Positions 37,901 to 51,395 of a stretch of 64,000 nt of DNA are shown here, piece after piece. Origin of the DNA: Gnetum montanum. Its lineage: Eukaryota > Plantae > Gnetophyta. The stretch covers positions 591,158 to 655,157 of the forward strand of contig MNCI01001083.1 in NCBI GenBank assembly GCA_015680685.1, read 5' to 3'. The notes below the pieces were generated by a model, which had not been told where the DNA came from, ran no database searches, and saw nothing but the letters and a program-made list of their open reading frames with translations. The position numbers were made by a program, and so were the translations under genes. How positions within the stretch are numbered: position 1 is the first letter of the stretch; each line of letters begins with the position of its first letter.

Positions 37901-40900
37901 ACATTAAAGCATGCAATTAGTGTGCATAAGAAATCAATATTCAAAGGTATCTATACGTAGTAGCCACAAAATAAGAGGGCACCTAGTGGCTGAAAACTGA
38001 CTCAGATAGTAGTACATTATGCATGGAACTAACTGAGAGCCTAACATGTGCTTATGTTAATGGCATAGATAAATTTGAATAAGTTCATCCTCAAATCTTT
38101 GATGAAGATGATGATACCTATTGGGAAGAGTTGGAAATCCTTGATAACTTCAAATAGCAACCCCCAGAGCTAAAAAATTTACTAATAAGCATGGAATATG
38201 AATTTTTAAACAATGGTAAGCTAGTCATAATCAATGCCAAACTTGCTCCTAAATAAAAAGAAAAGTTGTTAAAGGTGGTTAGAAAATGGCCAATAACCTT
38301 TGCTTGGTCATATCCTAAGCTAACAGGAATCAATCCAAGGATATGCCAACATTGCATTTACATCGACTAGGCCATGAAGCCTAGAAGGTAGTCATAGAGA
38401 TGATTGAATCCCAAATTGAAGCAGAGTGTTAAAGAGAAAATTGAACAACTCCTTAAGGCAAGGCTCATCTATCCCATTGTGGATAGTGAGTGGGTTAGCC
38501 CACTCATAATTGTGCCAAAGAAAGATGGCAAGTCGTGGGTTTGCATTGACTTCAGGCTATTGAATATGGCAATGTTTAAATATCATTTTCCATTGTCATT
38601 TGTGGATCAAGTGTTGGATACCATATTTGGACATTACCATTATAGCTTCTTTAATGGTTATAGTGGCTATAACCAAATCCAAATTGTGCTAGAAGATCAA
38701 GCCAAGACAACATTCATGAGTTCTTGGGAGAATTTTGCATATTGTAAGATGTGATTTAGTTTGTGCAATGCCCCTATAATATTTCAATGTCTAGTCCTTA
38801 GTATTTTCCAACAATAGATCGGTAGTGATGTGGAAGTCTTCATGGATAAATTTTCCACCTATGAAGCTACATTTGAGCAAGCCTTGGACTACCTTAAGCA
38901 AGTATTCAAGAGATGTATTGAAATAAGCATACGACTCAATTGGCAAAAGAGCCATCTCATGATCCAAGATGACATTGTATTGGGGCACCGAATTTCACAA
39001 AAAGGGATTGAGAAAGATCTAGAAAAGATAAGGATCATCCAAGGAATTAGACGTCAAATAGAGATAGTCAAAGATGTCAGATCATTCCTTGGATACACTG
39101 GCTACTACCAGAGATTCATAGAGAATTTCTCTAAGATCACAAAATCATTGGTAGAGCTTACAAAGAAAGATGCACCTTTCATCTAGAGTAAGGAATGTGA
39201 ATATACATTCCAATAGTTAAAGGAGAAACTCATAGAAACACCAATACTATGAGCACCAGATTGGTCTAAACCCTTCCACATCATGATGGATGCATCTAAC
39301 TATGCCATGGGAGTGGTGCTCATGTAGATGGATGATAGGAAACACCCATATTACATCCACTGTATAAGATGAAGCATTGTGGAAGCATAATTAAATTACA
39401 CCACCATAGAAAAAGAACTAATGACCATGGTGTATGCTTTGGAAAAGTTTAGGCACTATGTGCTTGGCTACAAAGTCTTTGTGCACATAGATCACAATGT
39501 AATCTACTTCCTCATGAACAAGCTGGTGGTGAGTCCTCATATCATACAGTGGCTTATGATCTTGTAGGAATTTGATATCATGATGGTAGATTGAAAAGGG
39601 ACCAAGAATGTAATGATTGACCATCTCTCTCACTTAATTTGGGATAATAAAGAGAAGGAGAACCTACTCTCTGATTAGTTTCTAGATGAAATCCTCTTTA
39701 CAGGAGCAATAAATGAAAAAACGCCCACAGAAAAAACATGGTATAATGGCATTCTCATTTATCTTCTCAATCAGGAGATTCCATAAGATTTTGACTTTAG
39801 AAAGAAGCAACAATTTCTTCATTGGGCCAAATATTTCATGGAGATCAATAGATACCTTTACAAGGTGTGCATTGATGGCCTAATTCATTGGTGTGTCCCT
39901 AACGAAGATCAACTGCATGTTTTCCAAGATGCTCATGAAGGGCCTTGTGGAGGCCACTATGTAGGGAGACCCATGACCATAAAAATCCTAATGGTAGGAT
40001 ACTATTAGACTACACTCTCCAAAGATGCCCACTAGTTTGTCAAATCTTGTGAACATTGTCAATGTGATGGGGAGATGACTACTCACATGGAAGGTCCTCA
40101 ATAGTGGATTCAACCATTGGAACCTTTTGACATATGGGGCATTAACTTCATGGGTTCCATCACATCCATGTTCAATAGAAAGGCATATATTATTATAGCA
40201 GTCGAATACTGCATAAAATGAGCAGAAGCAACAGTTGTTACTGATTATACATCATCCATTGTTGCTAGATTTATACAAAAAAATATTGTAAATAGGTTTG
40301 GGGTGCCACGTTCACTAATTTTTGACAATGGAACTCATTTCATAGGTGCCACTTTTAGAATGTTAATGCTACACTTGGGGGTTGAACATAAATTAACAAC
40401 ACCCTACCACCCCCAAGCCAATGGTCAAGCAGAGGTAACTAACTAGAGGATCATAAAAATACAAATGCGGGCTATTAGAAAATATAGGAAATATTAGAGT
40501 ACAAAACTTAATGATTCCCTCTGGGCTTACCATTCAACATGGAAAATTCCTATTGGCTACTCTCCCTATGAGTTGGTGTACGGAAAACTTCCAATGTTCC
40601 CAATTCAATCTGAGCTTCATACACTCTCAACATTTTGTGATCTAAATCTTGACCTAAGTCTATCACAAAAAGAAAGATTTATCAAATTGAATGTGCTAGA
40701 TGAAAATTGATTAGTGGCCCTATCTTTGAATGAGGTGCATAAGGCATTCAATATGTAATGTCATGACCTAGGAATACAAAAGGTAAAACTTCAACCAGAA
40801 GATAAGGTCCTCTACTAGAGCCCCACACATATACCCCAAAGGGTAAAATTTCAAACATTGTGGGAGGGACCTTATCTAAGAAATCAAACCTTTTTCTTTG

Positions 40901-40990
40901 GGGTCATGTTAATCTACAAACCTAAAATCTAAAATAAAAGGCAATTGATCAACATGCAATAAGTAAAACCTTTCCTTGAACCAAGATAAG
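34917..40990 (+). pseudogene. gag-pol of Athila-type element D
   Basis: Gag DPQTHLQAF..KLKLFPRTL..AESWY; protease SDPGS..FPIIMGRAWL; RT IYPIVDSEWVSPLIIVPKK..CIDFRLLN..GYSGYNQI, EVFMDKF; RH MMDASNYAMG..NYTTIEKEL; INT HEGPCGGHY..FDIWGINFMG..FDNGTHF..TPYHPQANGQAE. Start uncertain. Confidence 0.92.
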
Positions 40991-43113
40991 CCAGTGCAAC
41001 TACCACCTTGATGGATGTACAACCATGTTCCATTTTCAGATCTCTTCCTTTCAACTTAGTTGTGGGGGAGATGGCCATCCATTCTAACAATCCATATGGA
41101 TTCTCAATTTTTTCTACTTTTTGTTTTCCACATTTTTGATTTTACAAGTTATTTATTTTACAAATTTTTGATTTTCAGATTTTTCTAGTTTTACATCATC
41201 ATTAATACCTTTGAAACCTTCTTGATCATTTTACACTTTCTTATATATTTTACTTGTTTTTATTTTTTTCAACTATGATATCTCGTCATGTTTGCTAATA
41301 AAATTGCTTTATTCCCATAGGACACAATGTTGTTGTTGTTGTTTACTAATGATGGTTTGTGCTTAATGTTGTGGTTGTTGATGTATGGTTTCTATTTTTG
41401 AATTTTGATGTGTGATGACTATGACATGGTTTATTTTTCATGGAACAGGTAGTGAGTCCACATCATCCACCCATCCAATAGACTCTATGGTTTTTCTTGT
41501 TTTGGGATTTTGAGGTTCCTTCCATTATAGAAACTTTTAATCAATCAGTGACCTTGGTAGTTATAGAATTAGGAAGGATTCAAAGGTTTGTAAAGGGTGT
41601 GACTTCAAGGGAACTCAATACTCTTCATACTCTTCTACTTTCTTGAGTGCTTGAGTGTTTTTCACGGACTTCTTACCATTCCATTCCAACCACTAATAGG
41701 AAGTCAAATAAAGTCTTTGCATGATGTGATTCCCATCCAGAAATTCAAAAAAAAAATTATGAGAATTCAAAGCATGCCTTTTAGACAAATAAACAGGTTG
41801 CAAACACTAGTTATGGGACTAAAAAGACATGCACCCATGGCTAAAGGTCCCCTCTAACTAAGGTCATCTCTCACTTCCTAATTCTCTCTTTTCTTCTCTT
41901 TATGGATCGGTGGTTGTTTTGTGGAAGCAGTCTCATGTCTTGTGTAGGTGGGCCAGTCTTAGAGTGGCGATGCAAAGTCACTGAAAGTAGCTGGTTTTAG
42001 TTTGGACTAACGATGGATCTTCTTAGGTCATTTTAAACACAAATCCCACAAGTCACTTCTTATGACCTCAATTCGGAATTCCATTCCACCTTCCCTAGCA
42101 TCTATCCATGCTGCCATAAATCACCTTGCTATTGGGTTCTATGTTATGCTCTATGTCTTGGTCTGATGTGCTTGAATTCTTAGATAGATTCTTTTTGGTC
42201 AGTCCTTAACTTTTCATGACCATTAATCAACTGTGTGACCCATGGACTCCTTAGTTGAGGTTATGCAAGAACAACAAGGGAATGAGCTTGCTGTAGGGAG
42301 GACCCACTTGCATAGCTCTTGGTTTGGTTAGTTAAGATTCCTTACCTTAGACATTGCTACAATCCTATTTTTTGCATATTCCACTATGTATTCCACTTAG
42401 TTCTCCTTAACCTTTTATTTCATTCATCCTTTGAATCATTTTTCTCCATTTTTCCAAATTTATGAGCTCCAACATCCTCTTCTCATATTTTCATATTTTT
42501 CTTGGCCTTTTAAGCTTTCATTTGATCCCAATTTCGTTCAAAAACTCTTTGTATTTTGTAAGTTTGATCAAAGTCAACGGTTGTTTATAGTGGTCAATAG
42601 CTGCATCAATGAGGCCTCATTAATGTAGTGCAAAACTCCTATATATACCACTGCACACTTGGAAATTTTTGTCATTTTCCTCATAACACATGGGGAGTTT
42701 TTGCCATTTTTCAAAGCCCAAAACCTTTCAGAGCCTTTCAGAGCCCTTAACTTCCCACTTGTTTGTCCAAATCATTTCATTCTTTAATCCTATAGCTACT
42801 AGAGGTAAGCTCTTTATCATGGGGGCCGCAAATCTTAAGGTATCCAATGAAATTTTTTGAAAATTTTTCTAACTCCCCCAAAGGGTTAATAACCCTAACA
42901 ATATACAAACATCAATTTTTTTGAAAGTTAACCCTTTCAACAACCTCTAGGATGATTTATTAATAGTAGCACATAAATAAAATAATGATTAGAGTAATTA
43001 AATCAACCATAATCACAACTTAGCCAAGTGTAACTATCCTAAAGAGATAAAGGTATCCCAATTACATCATGTTACATAACAATTGCTAACCCATGGTCTT
43101 ATTGTAATTATAG

Positions 43114-45960
43114 ATGGCACCAAGACCTAAGTGCCTATAGGAAGGAGAACCTTCTCAACCAAGGGAGAAATGGCCCAAAGCTAGAAGGGGCCAACAAGAA
43201 CAAGCCCAAGAACTACTAAAAAGAACCCATGCAACAGGACCTCTTCATGAGAAGCCTGAAGTGAAATCTATTCGACAGATTCTAGAAGAAGAAGTGCCCA
43301 TAGAAAAATAATAGCAAGGAGAAGTGTCAGGATTTGCGCCAAGGTTTGAAGTCACTTTGACTTAAGCTTTCCTTCACATTGTTAGGTATCGAGAGATTCA
43401 ACAATCAGTTCTTTAGGAAATAAACTTTAAGCCATTCTTAGAGAAAGCTCCAGTAGATGTCAAAACACAACTACAAATCCCTTCCATATGGCCAATCATC
43501 ACATCTAGTGGGGAATGGTACATGGGAGAGACATATCTCTTTTGGAACAATAGAAAGTTGGGGTTCATAGTCAAAATCAAGGATATTTAGGTGGCTTAGC
43601 TAAGGTTATCATGTAGGCACTAGGGTTTCCTAACATTGGGACACAACTAGTAGAGCTATTAACGAAAGATGATCCTGAGGCCAAAAGAAGTGGACTTAGT
43701 GGTGCTACGGGGTCAACTGTAAGGAGTACGATGTGCTCACATCGATGGACTACATCTATTTCAAAATTGTGGTCTATCACCTCAATCCAATGGTGAGGCC
43801 TAGCAAGTTAATTGTCTTCTCCACTTGAGCATGTGTTGCTCTAAGTGGGAGATTTCTTATCTATAACTTATCTATTTGGAGATTGAAATATGTTTCAAGA
43901 AAAATGAATATGGAAGAAAAACCCGACCCTTTCCATGCCTTATTCGAAAACTCTACAAAAGTGCAAGAATTTTTTGCTATGCCAACAACACAATTAGGCA
44001 TGCTCCTTTGGCCTCATGGTCTAAAATCATGAAGGAAAAGATGCCAATTACAACTCAAGAAGAGGAGTAACTTCCACCACACCCTACTAAAGAAATAATG
44101 AAAAAGGCCCATGCAACCATTAAGCACTTGCACAAAATATGAGAGTAGCTCTTGCATGAGCAAGAGCAACGTGCAAGGACAAGTAGTGCGAATCCATTTG
44201 TGTACTACCTAGAAATGAGTCACCTTAATGAGGTGGCTTGAAAAATCAGCTAAATGGAGAGGGATGGATCAATTTTCTTTTCCCAATGAATGAAGTTGCC
44301 CATGAGGTCTAATCCAAATGCTCAAGAGGTGATGGTGTCATTATCTCATTACCATTTATTCCTAGAAATCTCTAGGAATGTTGCCACCTTCTTGATGCAT
44401 TTGGAGGAAGGTGAAGGGGAAACTATCCTAGCGATGTAGCACCAAGGGGAAGAGACAGTGATTGAAGTGGTTGCTAACCATGTCATCAAAGCACTAAATG
44501 CACCTGTGGCATTTGTACCTGATGTATCTGCACTTTAAGATGTGCAAACATTTGCAGGCATGGTCAGCAAAAAGTTTAATGCAACCCAGTATAAAGAATT
44601 ACTGAATCAATTGGTGGGGATTAGGCAATCGATTCTAGATATTTTTGATTTTTCAAGAAACATCACCACAACCTAGTTGAAGTTGTTGTAATCAAGGGGA
44701 AAATGCATCATCCTAGAGGGGAAACTAAAAATGACTCAAGCACAAAATCAATGCTTGACTATGGAGGTTGTTGAATTAAGTGCCCATCTTGCTGATCCTA
44801 CAATCCTTAGCCCAACAACAACCAGAGAAGAAGCTTTCCAACAGCTTTAAGAATGATTCAAGAAGGTTGAGGAGGAAGTGGTAATGGCCATCTTCAACTA
44901 GTTCATATCAGAAGCAAAGGCGTATTCAATTTAGAAGAACTTGGCTTAGATGCACTAGGAGAACGAAACTCTGACTGCATAGAATCATCGCTTGTGTAAT
45001 GTTGATGTCTAGAAGGAACAAATGTAAGAATGTATTCATCAACAATAGGAGCAGCTTGCCAAGGTGAACACTGAGGCAAGGAGATTGGATGTAGAAAATT
45101 AGAATTTTTCAATGGAGGAAGTTTGTGCCATGTGCTAGAAATCTACTATCAAGATCGCCTCCTGGAAAAATAAAGCCTTGAAATTTGAAAAAGTCAAAAA
45201 TCACTATAGAGACTAGTTTGGTTTGTAGAAGGAAGTAAATGAAAAGCACATCCAAATGATGAAGAAAAAAAAATAAATGAAGCTCTCCAGTAACTCCAAC
45301 AAGGAAGAGAAGTTTGGTAGCCCATCGTTGATGGGATTAATGCCTACAACAAAGTAGAGATCTAGCTAAAGGAGTTGCAGATAGAAGAAATGATAGAATA
45401 CATTGAGTTGGCCAATCTTTGATATGCGAACCTAGCTATGTTGACTACCAAACAGCCATAGTTAGAGTTAGAGAAATAAGTGACTAGCTTGTATTTGCTA
45501 TATGAGGAAGAGTTCAAGCATCATAAAGACACCAAGCAGAAGTTTGAGATTGCAAATGTTGAACTCAAAGTTTTCAGAGCATAATTCACAGATCAATGAT
45601 CAACTACTGAGAACCTAGCCAAAAGGATGAATGATTACTAGGAGTTGAAGGATACAGTTAGAGTGTTCAACATTGAATGCAAATAATTTTTTTCTGTTTT
45701 TATTAATGCAATGGAGCTATTTTCAGCAATTTTGTGTCCCTAGGATGTGCCTATTCTGACCCACATTAGCGAAGTTGCATGGATAGTGCATGATCCTAGA
45801 AGTAAGGACGAGAAAATGAAAGCACTACTAGATGCTTTCTACCTTCCACTAGAAATCATAGCAATAATAGGACAATTGTAGCTGCTTGAACCGCTACACG
45901 TGTGTGAAGCTAGTAAAGGTCCCTTAGAACCTCAAGAGCTATTATCTCTTGGGATTGTTT
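43114..45960 (+). pseudogene. Sense-strand accessory (env-like position) gene of element D, Transposase_32-like plus long coiled coil, with its own promoter and leader intron
   Basis: TATA CCTATATATA ~42638; intron 42805-43113 (GTAAGC...CTAAC...TAG) directly before ATGGCACCAAGA; motif RPFPCLIRKLYKSARI; E/K-rich heptads 44600-45660; further acceptor TTTTCAG ~45726. Confidence 0.7.
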
Positions 45961-46199
45961 GATCTTCTCCACCAAAGTTCATGCCATCAAGGAACGTGCT
46001 ATCCAATTTTGAAGAGTCATGTTATGGTGTTCAATTTTGTGTCATGAACACCACCATTTTTGTAATGTGTTAATCCATACACTCAGGCACTTCGTTTTTG
46101 TTAAGTTTGTTTTATTTGTGAAAGGTTATTCAATAATCCCATACCTTTCCAATTTTGTAAAAGAACTCAAGGATGAATTTTCATTTAGTCTTGGGGTTA

Positions 46200-47130
46200 T
46201 GATAAGTCGCAGTTTTGTTGGCTATGTTGATGAGGCCTCATCAATGTGGCCTTGTCGACTAGGCCTCATTGATGAGGACTCATCAACGCATTGTATCATG
46301 TGTTGATGAGGTTGTCATCGACACAGTGTTTGTATTTTTCCTATAAATATGTGCTTGCTAGTCACATTTATGGCATCAAGATTTCAATAGTAGAAAAGCT
46401 CTTGTAGTTTTCATTTGAGAGTTAGAATTTTTCTCCTAAGTGCTCGTAGCAGGAGTCATTGAGTGTACGAATCTTTATTTGAACATTACTGTACTTGAGC
46501 ATGATAATGTGTGTGGCAATAAAGACGAGCTTTTTGATAAAACTTGCAGCAGTTTGGATAGATTAAATATTTCATTTATGCATTTAATGTTTTTAATTAT
46601 TTATTAAATGTTTCTAATTATTTATTAAATTATTTCCAGTGATTATGCTAATGAAGCAATTAACTAAGATAAGTGAGATAGATTAAACACACAAGTACGA
46701 CCACTTCGAGCATAATGTGTATTCACTTGGTAATCCTAGTAGCATTATTGCTTGGTACGCCCAGTAGTGTAGTGCTTTGTAACCTAGCAATGGATACATG
46801 GGTTCAAGACATGTGCAGAAAGTGGGACTAGATGCTTATGTTAGGACTAGTTAGACACTAGTTAATTAGTTAATTTAAATTAGTTAAATCCAATTAATTT
46901 TATCTTCCTTTAAACACAAAATGATAAAAATAAAATGCCTCAATTATACTTAACCATATGAGTGTACATCACAATTTTAATTGGGAAGACAACGATTGAC
47001 CTTAAGACAAAGATTCACTCCTTAGAAGACTAGTGTGCCAGAAACTACAAAGTTCGTAGAATTCAACCGGATCATGCATGAACACTTGTGATTCATATGG
47101 TTGGGCATATGGGTGCCTCGTCACTCATTA
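46200..47130 (+). repeat. 3' LTR of element D
   Basis: TGATAAG...CTCATTA; preceded by PPT and followed by TSD. Confidence 0.95.
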
Positions 47131-47338
47131 GTTAGCCTCCATAACCATCTTCCTATGAGCTCATTACCATTTCCTTGTCATAACCTTACTCCATCATCAT
47201 GAGTACTCTTCAGCATGGTTCAACATGACTAGATCAAGTGCAGAGGAAAAATGTTGGTGGTCCACATGTAGTGGTGTTTTGTATTCTTTGTTAGTGTCTC
47301 TCAAGTTAATCCCCTAAACACCAACAAAGAGGGGCCAT

Positions 47339-48779
47339 TGAAATACCACCAAAATTTGCATGTTGTAGCCATTTTTCATCTTGTAGCCTTCACCCCATGA
47401 AACCCGAGGTAAAACTTCATTGTAAATATGAAGATTGCAATCCATGAGGGGAAATCTCACATATCTCATACTTTTGGGATTGAAAAATGCCTCATAAGTG
47501 GTTAAAGCCTCATCCCCCAAGTAGAGAAAGTCATGTACTATTTATATTTGGGCTTGGGGAGGGTGTCAAAAATGCCTTTTGGGATGCCAAAAATGACAAC
47601 TTGATGGGTTTTATGAGGGGTATAGCACTTTCTACACTAGAGATGCATGTATGAGGGGTTGTGGTTCACCTACCCCCAACATGAAGGGGTACAACCCACC
47701 TACCCCTAGTGTGGAGGAGGTGGCAGTCATCATGCACAATGTGGAGGATGGTTTGACCTTCTCCCCTAGCATTGAGTTCCATCCTCCCAGTGTTGATGCG
47801 TCATCCACCCAGTGTAGAACCAACTTGACCTAGATTTCAATGTTGCATCAACTCCAACTATGATTCTGCATGCTAGTGAAGAAGGTTAAAGGCCCAACAT
47901 CAAAGAACAAGGCCATCATGGATGATGTGCCCTAGTTACTATTTATAGTAAATGGAATGCCCATGGGGGTATGGTATTTTCCATACATATTAAACCCCTC
48001 CAATTTGGGTAACCATCTCACCTATACATGGTTGAAATTTATAGTAATTTTTTAGCCAATTTGCAGTCCCATTCATGGTCCAAAACCTATAAAACCTAAG
48101 CTCCAACACCATTTTTAGGTTTCACACCTTTTGTATTCATATGCTTTGGAATTTGTAGCATCTAAGAGCTCTTACACACTTACAGAAATGTAGCTTCTTA
48201 GATCCCCTCAGCATGGAACCCTTGTGGACTTGTAACCCCCATTACCCCCTTGGGATTTTTGAGTTTGTGGCTTCTATGATGTGCTCTTGGGAACCTCCAC
48301 TCCCAACGTTGCCCACCTTGGTAGACCAAATTTCTCATACTTATCAATCCCCTAGCAATAACCAACATTGTAGATTTGAAGTAGTAGTAGAGGAGGCTTC
48401 GATAACATCAAGAGTGGTAGAGCATTTGGATTTTGGAGTGGACTTCATTAGCTTCAACAGACTTTGAACCCCTGTCCAAGTGAACCCTCCTTTGCTCTCT
48501 TATGGGCACTTCTTGTACACATCCCTTGAACTCATTCTTTATTTTTTAATAAAGTTTTAAGATTTTAGTTTTTTGTGCAATTTGTGTTTGCTCTTGGTTA
48601 TTCAGATCTGTATTTTTCTTTTTATATTATTCATTTTGCATTCTCTAAGTCCCTGGGTAATCTACTAGACCATCCAAGGTGCCCTCAATCCCATTTTTTG
48701 GAGGCCTTAGGGATTCGAGGTTGAGGATGCTATGCTAAGACTTTTGATTTTCCAGTGATCAAATGTTCTGGTTGCAATA
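47339..48779 (+). repeat. 3' LTR of element C
   Basis: Colinear with the 5' LTR; preceded by a PPT and followed by the TSD. Confidence 0.92.
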
Positions 48780-49412
48780 GAGACAACACTGGTTTTCCTA
48801 ACCTATCAACCAAAAAATCAAGAAAAGTAAGCATTAACTTTAATTAATTATTAATTATCTTAAGTTGAAACTACCTCTTTTCTCATAGTTAAGATTCTTG
48901 GTTTCTTCTATAAATACATGAAAGAAGAAATGTTTGCCCATCGTAGAATTAGTAAAAAGATTGGGAGATTTCTACAGGTGATAAGATTTTTACAAGTAAC
49001 ATCAATGGCTCCTAAGTGTCCTTTACAAGCTTCTTCTCAAGCGTAAGCTCCTTTAGGTAGTCCTCAATCAGTGTCTATTCTCTTGAATGAAAATAATGTA
49101 GTCATTGCTTTCGATTTTGTGCATAACTTACTTGGAGTGATGATTTTGATATCTATCAATGTTAGGATTGTCTCAGCTACTAGTCTTTCCTATTTTTAAA
49201 GTGTCATATTACAAAAATCTAATAGTACAATGGTGTAATGGCTATGATAGAAGTAAAAGTTCTTCTACATAAATGACCTTTGGACTGTTAGTGATTACTT
49301 TGGTTGATAAATGTAGTTTTAGGTTTTTAGTTAGGGGAGAATTCCTTAATCCCTTCTATTTTCTTTCTTAAGTTTTAAAAGTTTTGCCAAAAAGAGTTAT
49401 TTGATTGTATTT

Positions 49413-49518
49413 GTGATTCTGCTATCTACCAAAGTTAGTTTACTTTCGGTGATTTTATTAATGAAGTGATTCTGCTATCTACCAAAGTTAGTTTACTTTT
49501 AGTGATTTTATTAATGAA
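49413..49518. repeat. 53-bp tandem duplication in exon 1 of the B2 antisense gene
   Basis: GTGATTCTGCTATCTACC...ATTAATGAA occurs twice with 2 mismatches; single copy in B1. Confidence 0.9.
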
Positions 49519-49903
49519 ATTAATTTTGAATAATGTCAATTTATTCATAGTAAGGCTTTATGACATCCACACCACTCCTATGTTAGTGCCTATTCCATCT
49601 ACATTCTTCATGGTGCTAAAATTGGTAGGGTTTATGACTTGTCATTATCTTATTTTTCTAGCCTTTCATCTTGCCATGGAATGTGCTACTACTACAAAGC
49701 AAAATCCACAAAACCCTTACATGTTCCAGTGATCATGGCCTTAATTTTAAGTTACAGTACTTCAACCAATATTCTTAGTCATTTCAATCCTAGTTTACAT
49801 CTTGAGTTTCTTGAAGAAGAGAGAGTTGTGAGGAGTTAGATCAAGGATGCAAAGAAAGGTCACAGGGTTCTTAAATAGGCCCAAAATGTAGAAGAAACTA
49901 GTG

Positions 49904-49906
<3 letters not shown>

Positions 49907-49938
<32 letters not shown>
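49907..49938. repeat. (TA)n microsatellite in intron 1 of the B2 antisense gene
   Basis: Directly visible. Confidence 0.95.
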
Positions 49939-49943
<5 letters not shown>

Positions 49944-51395
49944 TTTATTATACTTATTTGTTCATTATGTATTTTTATGTATTTATTGGTAGTGCAATTT
50001 GGGTTGCAAAATGAATCTATGGAAGGTGCTCAGACTTTTGAAGGGGACCAATCAACTTCAAGGGCAGTGATAAAGCTCAGTTCTAAGGTTTATATATCTT
50101 TGGACTACTTTACTATTTCTAATTTGTATATTTTTTTTCTAAATTTTTTTCTCTTTTTTTTTTATGAAAACAACATATTAGGAAAGGTTCTAGTAGTCTA
50201 GTAATTTTAAGTTCCAAACAAAAGGAGAGTGCTAAAAAACAAAAGACTAGCACCAAACAAAAACATAAAGGAAAGGAACTTGAAGGAAATTTAATCATGT
50301 ATGAAGGTTTAAATACTTTACTTCTCTTCTTCTTCTTGTGTGGTGTTGACTTCGTGTTCATTATTTTATGTGGCAGATCTCTCTGGGTCAAAGGTACTTC
50401 ATTCAGAAGTTGCATAGGAACACTATTATAGAGACTGAATCTACTCCAACTCCTCCACCAAGACCACCAAGCATGACTTCACCTCTTATGATCCTAGTAA
50501 GGGGTCCTTTTTCACAAGCTGCATTGGTGTCTCTTGTTCCTAAACTCCTATTACCATTATGGATTCCCCTTTCTCTCTCTAACAGATGGTGGTTATTACT
50601 AAAGAAGAACTTGTTCTTTTTCAGAATGTTGGTCAACGAATTGCAAGGAATACTCCTTATTCCATTTGTGAAGAAATGTACCACATGAGGGAATCTAGGT
50701 CTTGTGACTTCAAAGGAGATTATGAATTAGTGTGGGTTGGTGCTGCATCTTCTTTTCATCTAGTTTCTACGAATGCTCCATGAGTTATCAAAAATCTGGA
50801 ACAATTCAAAGGAGAATTGGAGAGTACCACATGTCTTACTCATTGCTTATTAAACCAAGAACATATTCTTCAAGTTGAGAATGATCAACTTCATGTAAGT
50901 TCTTTTCCTTTCTTTATTTCCCTTATTTTTATCTTTACACTCATTATGTTGATTGATGTCATTTTTTGTATGAAGAGGAAAGAAATAGAATGGCAAGAGG
51001 ACATGTCCCAATGGTCTATTCAAGTAAAGTTGTTAGAAGCCAAACTTGTAAGAAGAAATGAGGCACAGGTTGAAGCTAAGAGTGTAGCCAAATATATCAA
51101 ACAACTATATAACAGTTTGGCTAGGTGTCAGGTAGTATTTAATAAGAAGGACACTAGCGAAGAGGAATGAGAGGCCTAGTCGAAAGCCATTTCAGATCTC
51201 CTTAGCATCTTCAAATAGAATTGATTCTTGTTCTACTTTCCTTGTTTCTCTATTCTACTTCCTCTAATTTGTTCCGTTTCATTTTCTTACTTTTTATGTA
51301 TTACACTTCAATGTATTGCTTCTTTATAATAATAAAATTTTAATAGTATTTTCTTCCACTTTGGCTCCTAAATCATAGTTTGCTTCAATAGTAAA

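Larger units (their letters stand above)
33838..47130 (+). mobile_element. Athila-type Ty3/gypsy element (D), 13.3 kb, full length but decayed
   Basis: LTRs 33838-34764 and 46200-47130; perfect TSD GTTAG (33833-33837, 47131-47135); tRNA-Asp-type PBS; no aRH; extra 3' ORF. Confidence 0.95.
14109..48779 (+). mobile_element. Ogre/Tat-type Ty3/gypsy element (C) containing nested element D
   Basis: ~1.44-kb LTRs 14109-15551 and 47339-48779; TSD GAGAT/GAGAC; PPT CAAAGAGGGGCCA (~47326-47337). Domain order gag-PR//RT-RH-aRH-INT. Confidence 0.9.
49005..51224 (+). pseudogene. Four-exon accessory gene antisense to chromovirus B2 (homologue of 3582-5683)
   Basis: TATAAATA ~48909, ATGGCTCCTAAG at 49005. 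Introns 49906-49992, 50088-~50167 and 50895-50975. Exon peptides align with B1 (RSCDFKGDYE vs RTCDFKKDYE; LESTTCLTHCLL vs LESKTCLTCYLL). Confidence 0.7.

Noticed and set aside
43114-45960. True retroviral envelope gene
   Set aside because: No signal peptide, fusion peptide or clear transmembrane segment is recognisable; only the position is env-like.
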